A stretch of 64,000 nucleotides of DNA from an uncultured cyanobacterium (GTDB taxonomy: Bacteria; Cyanobacteriota; Vampirovibrionia; Vampirovibrionales; JAGQHJ01). The translations under genes and the position numbers were made by a program. The notes under the pieces were generated by a model. That model searched no databases. It was not told the DNA's origin and saw nothing but the letters and a program-made list of their open reading frames with translations. Location of the stretch: positions 8,095-72,094 of the forward strand of contig CALAJO010000006.1 of NCBI GenBank assembly GCA_937922745.1. Direction: 5' to 3'. This document shows positions 49,372 through 59,740 of this stretch, one piece after another (within the stretch, counting starts at the first letter, position 1; each line of letters opens with the position of its first letter).

Positions 49372-50340
49372 ATGGAAATGATACTGCTGGGAATTATGGT
49401 CTTTTTCACAATGGCGATGCTCGCCTTCGGCGTGATGCGCGCCAAAAGCGAAAACCAGGTCAAGGCCCGCGTCAGCACCCTGCACGATGGGACACCCGTG
49501 ACGAAAGTGCTTCACGGGCGGCAAAAGGGGATGGAGGATAACTTTACCCAACGCGTCATTATTCCCTTTGCCCAAAACCTGTCGGATAAAATCCAAACCA
49601 TCGTCCCCGTGTCCGGTAAATCCTGGATTCGCCAGAAGCTCATCCAGGCCGGCTACACCAAGCCCCAACACATCAAAACGTTTATGGGCGTCCACTGTAT
49701 CAGTACGGTTGCCCCCATCCTGTTCATCCTGTTCCTTACCATCGTCACCGGCTCCGTTACCGGCGTTGTGGCCATCCTGATGTTTATTATGTTCGGCGCA
49801 ATGGGCTTCGGTCTGCCAATCCTGTGGCTTATCCAGCAAGCCTCCAAACGCCAGGACAGTATCCGAAAATCCCTGCCCGATTTCCTCGATCTGTTGGTCA
49901 TCTGCGTGGAGGCCGGTTTGGGCCTGGATATGGCCATCTCCAAGATTACCAAGATCGAGTCCGTCCAGACATCCGAATACCTGAAAGAGGAGCTTATCCG
50001 CTACACCAAGGATATCGGCTTCGGCAAACCCCGCAAGGACGCCCTGCTGGATTTGGCCAGCCGCACCGGTGTGGATGATCTCAATACCATTGTCAATGCA
50101 CTGGTTCAATCCTACGAAATGGGGACCGGCGTTACCCAGACGCTTAAAGTCCAGTCCGAAGGGTTGCGCCAGAAGCGCCTCCACCGTGCGGAAGCCGCCG
50201 CCAACAAGATTTCGGTCAAGATGGTTCTGCCGATTTACCTGTTCTTCTTTCCTGGCATCTTCATCGTCATCCTCGGCCCGATGATCCTCTACGCCTTCGG
50301 CCAGATTACCCAGACCATGCACCAAACCGGCGGCCCATAG
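49372..50340 (+). CDS. tadC: TadC inner-membrane platform protein (T2SSF domain)
   Basis: Second T2SSF-type membrane protein, immediately after tadB. Confidence 0.75.
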   Translation: MEMILLGIMVFFTMAMLAFGVMRAKSENQVKARVSTLHDGTPVTKVLHGRQKGMEDNFTQRVIIPFAQNLSDKIQTIVPVSGKSWIRQKLIQAGYTKPQHIKTFMGVHCISTVAPILFILFLTIVTGSVTGVVAILMFIMFGAMGFGLPILWLIQQASKRQDSIRKSLPDFLDLLVICVEAGLGLDMAISKITKIESVQTSEYLKEELIRYTKDIGFGKPRKDALLDLASRTGVDDLNTIVNALVQSYEMGTGVTQTLKVQSEGLRQKRLHRAEAAANKISVKMVLPIYLFFFPGIFIVILGPMILYAFGQITQTMHQTGGP

Positions 50341-50430
50341 GGCGATTTGTAAAGGGCTGGTGCATCTCCAATGAATTCAGGCCTTGCGACATTCAATCAT
50401 CGTTGAAAACCGCTTCGCTTTGACCCGGGC

Positions 50431-50787
50431 ATGTCTTTATCCTATTCTGAAACCATGCCGATTACAGAAGATTCCAAGGAAAAGCTGAAACGCCGCCTCG
50501 TTAAGGCGATGGGGCACCTTAACGCCGTGCATAAAATGGTGGATGAGAAGCGCTACTGCATCGACGTCCTGCACCAGCTCAAAGCCGTGCAGGCCGCGCT
50601 GGACAAAGCCGGTGAGGAAATCCTGAAGCAGCATCTGGAAACCTGCGTCGTGGACGCCATCCGCAACCAGGATGAGCAGCGGGTGATTGACGAGCTGATC
50701 CAGGTCTACCGCAAGGCGCCGAATCTCAGCATTCCGGAAGAAGAGGTCGTCTCGATCTTCTCAGCCAAATCCAACTGCTGCCATTAA
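50431..50787 (+). CDS. csoR: CsoR/RcnR-family metal-sensing repressor (DUF156)
   Basis: Metal-ligand pattern RYCIDVLHQ...HLETC (the C-H-C motif of CsoR). Confidence 0.7.
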   Translation: MSLSYSETMPITEDSKEKLKRRLVKAMGHLNAVHKMVDEKRYCIDVLHQLKAVQAALDKAGEEILKQHLETCVVDAIRNQDEQRVIDELIQVYRKAPNLSIPEEEVVSIFSAKSNCCH

Positions 50788-50793
50788 GGCCCC

Positions 50794-51210
50794 TTAGCAG
50801 CCGCAGCCCCCCTTGGCCGGGATCACCCGCGTAAAGCCGTTCTGGGTGAGCGTGATTTTGCTCCTGTCGTAAGATATCCCGCCTTCCTGCTCCCTGCCCT
50901 TGCCGTAGGCCACGCTAATGGTGATATCCTCATAGCGGTAGCGATAAATAAGGTTTTCAGGCTCCGTTGGGTGAAGTTCAATCAGCTTGACGTCCTGGTT
51001 ATCAAAGTTCATCCATGTGCCGTCGGCCCCGCTGAAAAAGAGCATGGGCTCGCGCCCCTTGGGGTTTCGCAATTCCAGGACGCAGCCGGCATCAATCGTC
51101 TGGTTCTTCAGCGGCCCGATGACCAGCTTCTTCAAGTCCGCGGATTCCGCGGCGCTGGCCAACACAAACGGCATCAGCAGGGATAAAAGGAAAATCCGTT
51201 TCTTCGGCAT
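50794..51210 (-). CDS. Secreted hypothetical protein ending in GGCGC
   Basis: Signal peptide after MPKKRIFLLSLLMPFVLASA. The C-terminal Cys-Gly-Cys suggests a metal ligand. Confidence 0.45.
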   Translation of the reverse strand: MPKKRIFLLSLLMPFVLASAAESADLKKLVIGPLKNQTIDAGCVLELRNPKGREPMLFFSGADGTWMNFDNQDVKLIELHPTEPENLIYRYRYEDITISVAYGKGREQEGGISYDRSKITLTQNGFTRVIPAKGGCGC

Positions 51211-51363
51211 GTTCAACTCCATACTTCAACAGGACTGGTTTAAATGGACGCGCCCGCACGGGAAATGTTGCAGGCGCCCCCTCCGATTATCGCATGGTAT
51301 CCCCACCGGGGGGTTAGCTTACAGCGTCTTCATGTCCGGATTATGGTTGAGGACGTTACCCGA

Positions 51364-52149
51364 ATGAAAAAGGTTCTCTATGCTATGCACCATTCACTGT
51401 CTGCTGCTTCAAAACGGGCCGTTGCTCTGGCCCTTTGTATTGGGATGTGCGGTACTTCTGCCCTCGCTTGTTCAACTGCTCAGGCACCTCCCGCTGAAAC
51501 GGCTGTAAGCGCCTCAACCGAGGATCAATCCACCGAACCTATCCTGCTTGCCCATCATGGCGGGGAAGCGGGAAGCGCTGCCTTAACCGGGGCAACGGCA
51601 GCGCCGGTAATGACCACGGTCAAAACGGGTGTCTCACAAAATATGTCCTACTCCGACAGCCTTTGGGGCAACCTGCTGCTGGGCATGGCGTACCAGCGCG
51701 ACCCGGAACTACAGAAGCTGGCGAGGAAACTGGGCCGGGTAAATACGTTTACGCTGCTTTCCGTGGCGGGCGTTTCCGCCCTGGGGATGGCGCAAGGCAT
51801 CTCCGCCCTCAACGATATCGAGCCGCAGAGCATTGACGTGACACCGCCCCATCATCCCGGCGGATCGCCCCATGTGCATATCCCGGAGGAAAGCCGGACG
51901 CCGGCCAGGCTGGGCATTATCGGCAGCGGCGCAACCTTGGCGACCCTGGGCGTGCGTGCGGTGATGAACAGTCGCTATTCCAGTAAGATCAGTCAGCGCC
52001 AAAGCCTTATCCAACGCCGTGTCGATGAGATTTTGGCACGGTTGGAAAGCGGGGCTGAAACCGCTGCCGTGGAGCCGGACTTAACGGCCCTCGTCGGCCC
52101 CCGCGCAACCCGTGAATTCCTGCATCTCTGGACGAAAACGTACCAGTAG
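51364..52149 (+). CDS. Putative lipoprotein of unknown function
   Basis: MKKVLYAMHH..., then a signal peptide with LAC near its end. Confidence 0.4.
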   Translation: MKKVLYAMHHSLSAASKRAVALALCIGMCGTSALACSTAQAPPAETAVSASTEDQSTEPILLAHHGGEAGSAALTGATAAPVMTTVKTGVSQNMSYSDSLWGNLLLGMAYQRDPELQKLARKLGRVNTFTLLSVAGVSALGMAQGISALNDIEPQSIDVTPPHHPGGSPHVHIPEESRTPARLGIIGSGATLATLGVRAVMNSRYSSKISQRQSLIQRRVDEILARLESGAETAAVEPDLTALVGPRATREFLHLWTKTYQ

Positions 52150-52653
52150 GAATACCCCTCTGTTCCCCTTCATCCAACCCTTTCTGCAAGCGCTTGATTC
52201 ACTTATTGGTTTTATATAAAGTTGAATCATTATCACAAAGCAGGGTGGTGGGATGAAGGTTGGCATAATAAGTCCATATCACTATAATTCGACAGCAACT
52301 CGGGTGAAAACGGCTCCAGATTGCCCAGGTTCATCAGAACGCTTCGGGCATCGGATCTCACCCCGCCTTTTAAGCGTGATGGGCTTGGCATTGTCTGCCG
52401 TATTGCTGGGCGCCGAGGTATTACCGCCCGGTCAAAGGCTATCCAGGGCAGTTACGGCACTGGAAGAAGCTGCGAACCCCGCGCAAAACCGGCAAATTGA
52501 TCCCGTGATTATTTCTGCCCTGGGATGGAGCCGGAAGCCTGTGCCTATTTAAATGGCCGATAAGTGTAAATAACAAGCCTGATTGTTATTTGTTGCATTA
52601 TTTCCTTGTTTAATTTACGGTTGAGTTGAATTGGGAGGTTTGGGAGCGATTGA

Positions 52654-53487
52654 ATGAAAATTGCATTAGCCAGTGCAACTGTTTACAGTTCAAAACCGGC
52701 ACGGTTATCCGGTCAACCTAATCTATCCCAAGCCCACGCGCGCTTTGCCGCCCACCGATTCACCGCCAGGGATTTACCGTTGGCGGGCGCATTAGCGGTT
52801 GCGTTACTGCTGGGAGCCTATGCTGTCCCGAACCAAGCCCAGATACAGCAGGAACTGGCCGTGCAAATGGGGTTGGTCTCGGTTTCGGCAGCCAGCAGGG
52901 ATTTGAACCCAGCCCAGGTGCAGCGATTGATGGAAATGGAGCAAGCGCTGAGAGGAACCTCCGGTATTGGTTATTATTTGTTGAGGAATGAATGGGCCCA
53001 GAAAATCCAGGAGGTCAGAAATAAAGCAATCGGCAAAGCCCGTAGGAAATGGGGTATTCGATTGCCGATGAAACCGGATTACCGCTATTACCGTGGTTCG
53101 GTTGAGTTCCTTTACCGCTACGACAATGGGGAAAAGCAGTTAAAGGGCATTCGGATAGCAGACAAGACCGGGCGTATTGTGTACATCCTGGATGCAAAAG
53201 GACAGCTTCGGGAAGTCAAGGCCCTGGTCACCCGGGATCCGTTTAGCGGTAAGGAAACCAGTGAGTTTAGTCCATTTGAACTCTCGATTATGATTGAACA
53301 GCGGCATGTGGATGCGGCGAACGCCATTTTGGCCGAAATCGGGGATCAGTATGACAGTATCGAGGCGGCCAAAGCCGCTGCCGCAAACGCTCCCCCGCCG
53401 CCACCGGGCGCAAAGCCGCCACCGGATCCGCCACGCCAACCCGTAATGAATCCGCCCTGGTGCCATGAGCCCTGGGTAAGCTGCTAG
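52654..53487 (+). CDS. Hypothetical protein with a proline-rich C-terminus
   Basis: ORF with an internal hydrophobic helix and a PPPPPGAKPPPDPP tail. Confidence 0.4.
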   Translation: MKIALASATVYSSKPARLSGQPNLSQAHARFAAHRFTARDLPLAGALAVALLLGAYAVPNQAQIQQELAVQMGLVSVSAASRDLNPAQVQRLMEMEQALRGTSGIGYYLLRNEWAQKIQEVRNKAIGKARRKWGIRLPMKPDYRYYRGSVEFLYRYDNGEKQLKGIRIADKTGRIVYILDAKGQLREVKALVTRDPFSGKETSEFSPFELSIMIEQRHVDAANAILAEIGDQYDSIEAAKAAAANAPPPPPGAKPPPDPPRQPVMNPPWCHEPWVSC

Positions 53488-53499
53488 CCTGGGTAGGCC

Positions 53500-55353
53500 T
53501 TAGTCTTTAATCCAGATGGACTCGATGTTGTGGAAGGTGCCCAGCGGCGTGGGAGCAAAGTTCCGGATTCGGGTCCGGACGGCCACGATGGACTTGGGAG
53601 AATAGAGATAGATCATCGGCAGGTTGTCATACACCACCTGCTGGTATTGGTTATAAATCGCCTTGCGCTTCTCCGTTTCCAGTGTGGTGGCGCCTTTGTT
53701 AAACAGCATGTCCAGTTCGCGCTCCCACGGTTCCAGGAAGTCGGTTCCGGGCATATCCGTGGCCGGGTTGCGCTGGTTGAAGAGGTGAAGCGCCCCGGTG
53801 CTTTCCCACACGTTTTTGCCGCCATTGGGCTCAATGGCGCTGCCGGTTAAACCCAGCACGACGCCCTCCCATTCCGCGGTGCCCATTTTGCCCACCAGCA
53901 CGTTAAAGTCGATAGGCTTAAAGTTAACGCGGATGCCCAACTGCTCCAGGTCTTCCTTGATGGACACGCCGACCGACTCGCGCTCCAGGTTGCCGGAATT
54001 GGTAATCAGCTCGAACTCAACCCGGTTGCCGTCCCTGTCCAGCAGTTGATTCTGTTTGTTCCAGGTAAAGCCGCTGGCCCGCAAGTATTCCCTGGCCTTT
54101 TCCATGTCGTGCGGATGCCCTTTCGCCAGATCCTTGTTGAGATAGACGGATGCCAGGCTTTCCGCGGTAAACAGGGGGCTGCCGACGCCCATCAGGATGT
54201 TCTGGACGATTTGGTCCCGGCGGATGGCGTAATCCACGGCCCGGCGAAAATTGAGATCCCGGAACCACTTCTGCTTGACCGGGCTGACGTAAGGCTTGCC
54301 CTGTTTGTTCTTGCGCGGGTTCATGTTGAAGACCAGGAAGGTTGTCCCAGTGGCGGGGCCCAGGTCATACATGCGGAAGTCCGGGTTTTGCAGGTGCTTG
54401 ATGTAAAACACCTGGTTGCCGGGGACGGACAGCGAATCCAGGCGTCCCTGCTCAAACTGCAGAATCTCCGCGTTCTGGTCCTGCACGAACTCGATAATGT
54501 AGCGACCCAGGTAGGGCAGGCTGTTTCCGCGCTTATCCACCATAAAGTACTTGGGGTTACGCTTTAACACCACGCGCTGGCCGCTGATATACTTGTCGAT
54601 AATGAACGGGCCGTTGACGACGAAGCTGGACGGATTGGCCGTGACGCCCCAGAAGGAATCGAACGCCTTGGGATTATTGCGAATCACCGGCTCGATGATA
54701 TGTTTGGGCAAGATATTGTTGCCCAGGCTGCCCTTGAATGGTGCAAACGGTTCCGGGGTCACAAACTTGACGGTGAGATCGTCGACCTTGGTAATGTCGG
54801 GGAATTTGCCGTTGATTAACACGACATCGCGGTTGCTGGGGTTGCCCAGGCCGGGCTTGATAATGTCGTTCCAGGTAAACACCACGTCATCCGCGGTTAA
54901 CGGGTGCCCATCGGACCATTGGAGGCCCTTTCGCAGCGTTACGATGTAGGTTCTGTTATCCGGCCGGATTTCCACGCTTTTGGCCAGGTGAGGAATGCTC
55001 TCGCCGCTGTAGGCATCCGTATCGGTAAGGCCGGTAAACATCAGGCCGCCTATCATGGTGGATGTGGCATCCATAGATACCAGCGGGTTAAAGGTTTTCG
55101 GGGCGCGGCCAATGCTGGCGTCATAGTAGGTGCCGCCATACTCCCCAACAGGCGAGCGGGATTGCTTGAACTCGACCCCGTTGATTTCGACGGTCTTGAA
55201 CGCGGGCGCCTCCCCCTTTTCGACCTTGATGATCTTATGTCCCGAATCCGCAATTTTGGGATTGGGCACGGCGCAGGCGGACAGGGCGGTAACCAGCACG
55301 GTGACGCTGAGGTAGAGGGACAAGGTTTTGGGAAAAGCAAATCGCAAGGTCAA
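53500..55353 (-). CDS. ABC transporter substrate-binding lipoprotein, family 5 (oligopeptide/dipeptide/nickel type)
   Basis: Lipobox LSAC and SBP_bac_5-like length and motifs. Confidence 0.8.
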   Translation of the reverse strand: MTLRFAFPKTLSLYLSVTVLVTALSACAVPNPKIADSGHKIIKVEKGEAPAFKTVEINGVEFKQSRSPVGEYGGTYYDASIGRAPKTFNPLVSMDATSTMIGGLMFTGLTDTDAYSGESIPHLAKSVEIRPDNRTYIVTLRKGLQWSDGHPLTADDVVFTWNDIIKPGLGNPSNRDVVLINGKFPDITKVDDLTVKFVTPEPFAPFKGSLGNNILPKHIIEPVIRNNPKAFDSFWGVTANPSSFVVNGPFIIDKYISGQRVVLKRNPKYFMVDKRGNSLPYLGRYIIEFVQDQNAEILQFEQGRLDSLSVPGNQVFYIKHLQNPDFRMYDLGPATGTTFLVFNMNPRKNKQGKPYVSPVKQKWFRDLNFRRAVDYAIRRDQIVQNILMGVGSPLFTAESLASVYLNKDLAKGHPHDMEKAREYLRASGFTWNKQNQLLDRDGNRVEFELITNSGNLERESVGVSIKEDLEQLGIRVNFKPIDFNVLVGKMGTAEWEGVVLGLTGSAIEPNGGKNVWESTGALHLFNQRNPATDMPGTDFLEPWERELDMLFNKGATTLETEKRKAIYNQYQQVVYDNLPMIYLYSPKSIVAVRTRIRNFAPTPLGTFHNIESIWIKD

Positions 55354-55598
55354 TCACGCTCTCGCCTGACATTTACCTTTTTATTTTAACGCACCCGGCA
55401 CAAATATTCCGCCCCAGGTTGCGTGGGCCGGGCGGTTTTGATTATGATAGTCGCAACCGCCGAAAGATGCCTGATGGCCTTGCAGGCGGAACCGTTACAA
55501 CCTATCGGGGTGCTTGCCGCAGCAGGCTGAGAGCAGGAAATGCCCGTTCCTGAAACCCGTTGAACCTGATCTGGATAATACCAGCGGAGGGAGACACT

Positions 55599-56162
55599 AT
55601 GTCCATATCCTTTTACCCGGCTTTTTCGCCGCAAGCGATGCAACGTATCGCACCTCCCGGTTATCACGTATCCCAGCCGTTTAGCAGCCTTCATCCTGCA
55701 CCATTTCGGCCTTTAAACAACGGCTTCCATCCTGAGCCGATGGCCGAAGCGTTGCCCAAAACCCAGCCGAAGGCAAAACCTGTCCCGCAAAACCGTATCG
55801 TTGCCTTGTTTCGGAATCCCAAGGCGCAGGAGATGGGCATGTTGGCCTTTACCGCCATTGCCATCCCCGCGCTAAAGACATGGATGCACCTGAAGGCCAA
55901 CCAGCATGCGGGGTTGTCCCTTTCCCAGCGCCGGTTACTGCACCAGCAGGAGTGGATCCGGCAGACGGTCAGCACCGCCTTATGGCTTGGCACCTCCCTG
56001 GCGACCTATGTGCTGCTGGATAACGTCTTCCCCAGCCAGAGCGCCGTGGGCCGCTTCCTTACCAGCAACCTGATCTCCTCGATCCCGGATACCTTTATCC
56101 GCCCGTTTGTCACCGCGCGAATCCTCAAGTTTGTGCTGGCCAACAAGAAGCTGATGCCCTGA
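55599..56162 (+). CDS. Hypothetical membrane protein
   Basis: GGAGGGAG lies 7 nt upstream of the ATG. Hydrophobic segments are present. Confidence 0.4.
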   Translation: MSISFYPAFSPQAMQRIAPPGYHVSQPFSSLHPAPFRPLNNGFHPEPMAEALPKTQPKAKPVPQNRIVALFRNPKAQEMGMLAFTAIAIPALKTWMHLKANQHAGLSLSQRRLLHQQEWIRQTVSTALWLGTSLATYVLLDNVFPSQSAVGRFLTSNLISSIPDTFIRPFVTARILKFVLANKKLMP

Positions 56163-56228
56163 AAATTGAAACTGATCAAACAAAGCCAATTGGCTGAAAA
56201 TCCAAATATACCTTGAATATTTTCGGAT

Positions 56229-57659
56229 TTACGTTTGCTTTGACTGGACGGTTAACCGATGGTAGAGTATGCCGACGCAAAAGCCCACGAGGCTGAGGCC
56301 GATGCCCATCAGGGTGGTAAACGGCCACTTGGGATACCAATCCGGCAGGCCGATGAGGTGCAGATCCTTGAGGAAGTTCAGTATCACCGGGATGCTGCCG
56401 AACAGGATGGCGTAAATGCCGGCCAGCCGGCCGCTGTTGGGAGAGTAAAACAACCCCATCACCGGGATGAACATGGTGGAAGCGTATATATCCGCGGAAA
56501 TCCAGAGAATCTGGATTAAATCCTGGTAGAACAAGGCTGCAACGACAGCGGGAATGCCAAGCAGGACCGTCGCAGCCCGGCTGAGCAGGACCAGGTGTTC
56601 CGGCTTGGCCTTGGGCCATAGGTGCCGGTTGACGATATCCCGGCTGAAGGTGAGGCTGCCCACGTTCAACGAGGAATCCACGCTGGACGTAATGGCCGAA
56701 AGCACACCCACGAGGACAGCCGCCGTTAAGACAGGCGACGGCAACAGCATCGATAGGGACACCAGCACGTTCTTCTGGGCAAAGGCGTTGCTGGAAGGCA
56801 AATGGTAAACCGCCACCAGGCCCACGATCATGACCATGGCGTACAGCAGCCCCAGCAACCCCCCGGCGGTTAAGGCCGCCATCTTCGCCTGGCGAGGGGA
56901 ACGGGTTGAGGACATGCGCTGCCACATCTCCGGCGCGATGCTCCAGGCCAGCACAAAGGTAAACAGCATCGCCAGGTTTTGCGGCAGATCCAGCCACAAA
57001 TCCCAGAAGCCCACACGCATCTCCATTGGGTAGGGAACCGTCGGCGGCATCAGGAGGACATAAGCCATCAGGATAACGAGCGCCAGGCTAAAGCAGATGA
57101 ACTGGACAATGTCGGTCATCACCACGGCGCGAAACCCGCCAATCCAGGAGTAAAGGATGACCGCGCCCAATATAAACAGAATCGACCAGGTCGGCGACCA
57201 GCCTGCGGCGATTTCAAACAGATGCCCGGCCGCGACCAGTTGGGAGGCGATATACGTCGTCACGCAGGCCAGGATGATCCAGGCCATTAGAAATGCGCCA
57301 AGGGGGCCATATTGCCGCTCTACCGCTTCCGGAAGGGAGAGGCTCTCCAGTCTGCGGATTTTTCCGGCCCAGAGGAAACCCACCATCAGGCAGCAGATCA
57401 GGGAGGGGACGGCGATGAGCCAGAGGGCGCTCAGCCCTTTTTCGTAGGCCTGGTTAATGGAGCCGATGGTGGAGCCTGCCCCAAACCAGGACGCCACAAA
57501 CGTGATGGCAATCGCCATGCCCGGCAGCGACCGCCCGGCGAGGAAGAAATCCGAGAGGTTGCCCATACGGCGTGACATCAGCTTGGACAGACCCACCAAT
57601 AGCAGCAGGTAAACCCCTACCAAGGCCAGCAGCATTGCTTGTTGTTCAAACGGTTCCAT
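56229..57659 (-). CDS. Sodium:solute symporter (SSS family)
   Basis: About 13 TM helices and a conserved N-terminal GRSLP...GAG region. Confidence 0.8.
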   Translation of the reverse strand: MEPFEQQAMLLALVGVYLLLLVGLSKLMSRRMGNLSDFFLAGRSLPGMAIAITFVASWFGAGSTIGSINQAYEKGLSALWLIAVPSLICCLMVGFLWAGKIRRLESLSLPEAVERQYGPLGAFLMAWIILACVTTYIASQLVAAGHLFEIAAGWSPTWSILFILGAVILYSWIGGFRAVVMTDIVQFICFSLALVILMAYVLLMPPTVPYPMEMRVGFWDLWLDLPQNLAMLFTFVLAWSIAPEMWQRMSSTRSPRQAKMAALTAGGLLGLLYAMVMIVGLVAVYHLPSSNAFAQKNVLVSLSMLLPSPVLTAAVLVGVLSAITSSVDSSLNVGSLTFSRDIVNRHLWPKAKPEHLVLLSRAATVLLGIPAVVAALFYQDLIQILWISADIYASTMFIPVMGLFYSPNSGRLAGIYAILFGSIPVILNFLKDLHLIGLPDWYPKWPFTTLMGIGLSLVGFCVGILYHRLTVQSKQT

Positions 57660-57981
57660 ACGGTTGGGTTCAATCCGGCAGGCTGTCTCATTGCCCTTGT
57701 GTTATAGCATCAAAGTGCCCAGGGAACAAAGCGGCGGAGATGTTCCGGCGCATTTTACGCAACCGGTTGCCCGTTATGGATTTGCCGGGAAGCTGCGTGT
57801 AGAGCATTCCAGACGGGTTTGCGCGTCCTCGTGATTCATCTGCGGGCACCGTTTTTATACTCCTTTCAGTCTCATTTCAGTCTGTACCCCGGCGGGATTT
57901 CTGAAGTGTTACGCCCCATCCGGCCTGTTGTTGGAAAGATAGCGGTATAATGGAGTTTCCAGCAATTTTTGGATCGGATGG

Positions 57982-59133
57982 ATGAAACCGGATCGTTTAT
58001 TATCGGCTCGCTTGGGTACGGCGCTGTTCTTCCTGATTCACGGCCTGGTGATTGGGACCTGGGTTTCCCGAATTCCTGCCATACAGATGAAGCTCGGCCT
58101 GTCGCAATCCCTGCTGGGGGTGTTGCTGCTGGGTGGGGCAATCGGGGCGCTGATCGCCATGGTCACGTCCGGCTGGACTTTGAAGTGGTACGGCAGCAAA
58201 ACGACCACGGCGGTGTCCTCGTTCGCCTTTTGCCTGGCGCTCGGCTTCATCGGGCTGTCCGGTTCCATCCCGATGCTGGGAGTGTCCCTGGTTTTTCTGG
58301 GCATGTCCGCCGGGTTGATGGATGTTTCCATGAATGCCCAGGCGGTGGAAGTGGAAAAGGGCTATCAGCGTCCGTTGATGGCGTCGTTTCATGCCATGTT
58401 CAGTATCGGGGCGGTTATTTCGGCGTTTCTCAGCGGTTGGATTGCTCATCATGGCATTAGCCCGTTTCTGCATTTTACGGTTTCCGCCGCGGTTTACTTT
58501 TTGCTGGTCTTCGCCGGGATCCCGTACCTGCTGCCTGGCGGGGCGGCGCAGCGCAAGGAGAAAATCCGCTTTCCCAAAGTCGATCGCGTTTTTGTGGGAC
58601 TGTGTATCGTTGGTTTTTGCTGCTACATTACCGAGGGCGCCATGACGGATTGGGGCGCCGTGTATCTGTATAAAGTCATCAAAACCAGCGAAGGCCTCGC
58701 TGCAACCGGGTACGCCGTGTTCTCCGCCACGATGACCGTGGGACGGCTGCTCGGGGACTGGATGACCCAACGCTTCGGGGCGCAAGCCATTGTGCTGTAC
58801 GGCACGTTAATGGCCGTGTGCGGATATATCGTTGCCATTACGGCGATGGACTCCACCTGGGCCTTCCTGGGGTATGCGTTGGTCGGCCTGGGCTTATCCG
58901 GCATTATTCCGCTGGTGTTCAGCACCGCAGGATACCTGACCGACAAGACCGGCGCAACGTACCTCTCCATGATTACGGCGTTCTGCTATTTCAGCTACCT
59001 GCTTGGCCCGCCGGTGGTCGGCTTCATCTCCGACGCGTTTGGGCTGAAAGTGGCATTCAGCCTAATCACCGTGTTGCTGGTCTTGTCCCTGCCCTTTGTC
59101 AGCGTCTTTCGGCGGAAAGCGCCAGCCACCTGA
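57982..59133 (+). CDS. MFS transporter
   Basis: 12-TM pattern with GR-rich loops. Confidence 0.75.
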   Translation: MKPDRLLSARLGTALFFLIHGLVIGTWVSRIPAIQMKLGLSQSLLGVLLLGGAIGALIAMVTSGWTLKWYGSKTTTAVSSFAFCLALGFIGLSGSIPMLGVSLVFLGMSAGLMDVSMNAQAVEVEKGYQRPLMASFHAMFSIGAVISAFLSGWIAHHGISPFLHFTVSAAVYFLLVFAGIPYLLPGGAAQRKEKIRFPKVDRVFVGLCIVGFCCYITEGAMTDWGAVYLYKVIKTSEGLAATGYAVFSATMTVGRLLGDWMTQRFGAQAIVLYGTLMAVCGYIVAITAMDSTWAFLGYALVGLGLSGIIPLVFSTAGYLTDKTGATYLSMITAFCYFSYLLGPPVVGFISDAFGLKVAFSLITVLLVLSLPFVSVFRRKAPAT

Positions 59134-59143
59134 TCGATATTCA

Positions 59144-59370
59144 TTTTTGAACGAACGAACCCAATTTCTTTACCAACGCTGTCATTCCCGCGCAGGCGGG
59201 AATCCAGTCTTATTCAGGGTGTGTTGTGTTGAGGAGATGGAATTGCCAATACGTCCTGAATCCCGGCCCTATGGATTCCGCTGTGCGGGAATGACAAGGA
59301 CTGACGCTTGTATGCGATACCAGGAAGCAGCATTCGACACACTAAAAAACGGACGAACGAAGCCATTTTG
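59144..59370. mobile_element. MITE-like small element: subterminal inverted repeats bounded by GAACGAACGAA-type direct repeats
   Basis: gtcattcccgcgc at 59181 and its reverse complement gtgcgggaatgac at 59283. Flanked by ttgaacgaacgaaccc at 59148 and cggacgaacgaagcc at 59350. Confidence 0.4.
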
Positions 59371-59740
59371 GGAAAGAACGCCGCCGGTTGCCGAAAGCGT
59401 ATCGTGACAGGTCAAATTCCGCCCCTTGGGTGAGGGAAACGTGGAACTTATAGATACCTCTTAGCCGAAAAAAGATGGCCAAGCGGTACGGATTGCGGAT
59501 GTCGGTTTTCCGGTTCTTCGTTCGACCTGGCCCGAACCGGAGCCTCATCCGGTGGGCGGCAGTAAAGACGCCCTGTCTGGTTTATTCCCAACAAAAGGTG
59601 GCTTGAAACCCGCATCAGATAAGATTAATAAAGAATTAATAATTACGCTGAAAAGACGCTGGGCCGAATGGCAATGGTTCTGGTGCCGCAGCATCTCGGT
59701 TTTTGGGCAGGTTGGCTTTTGATGTCCGATTTCGATGCGA

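Noticed and set aside
52253-52552. 99 aa ORF
   Set aside because: No RBS, start context or motif. Its composition resembles noncoding translation, so it is left unannotated.
56176-56997. 273 aa minus-strand ORF
   Set aside because: Same strand as the SSS symporter gene but in a different frame; Pro/Gly/Arg-rich junk translation.
58000-58785. 261 aa minus-strand ORF
   Set aside because: Antisense to the MFS transporter; Arg/Gly/Pro-rich.
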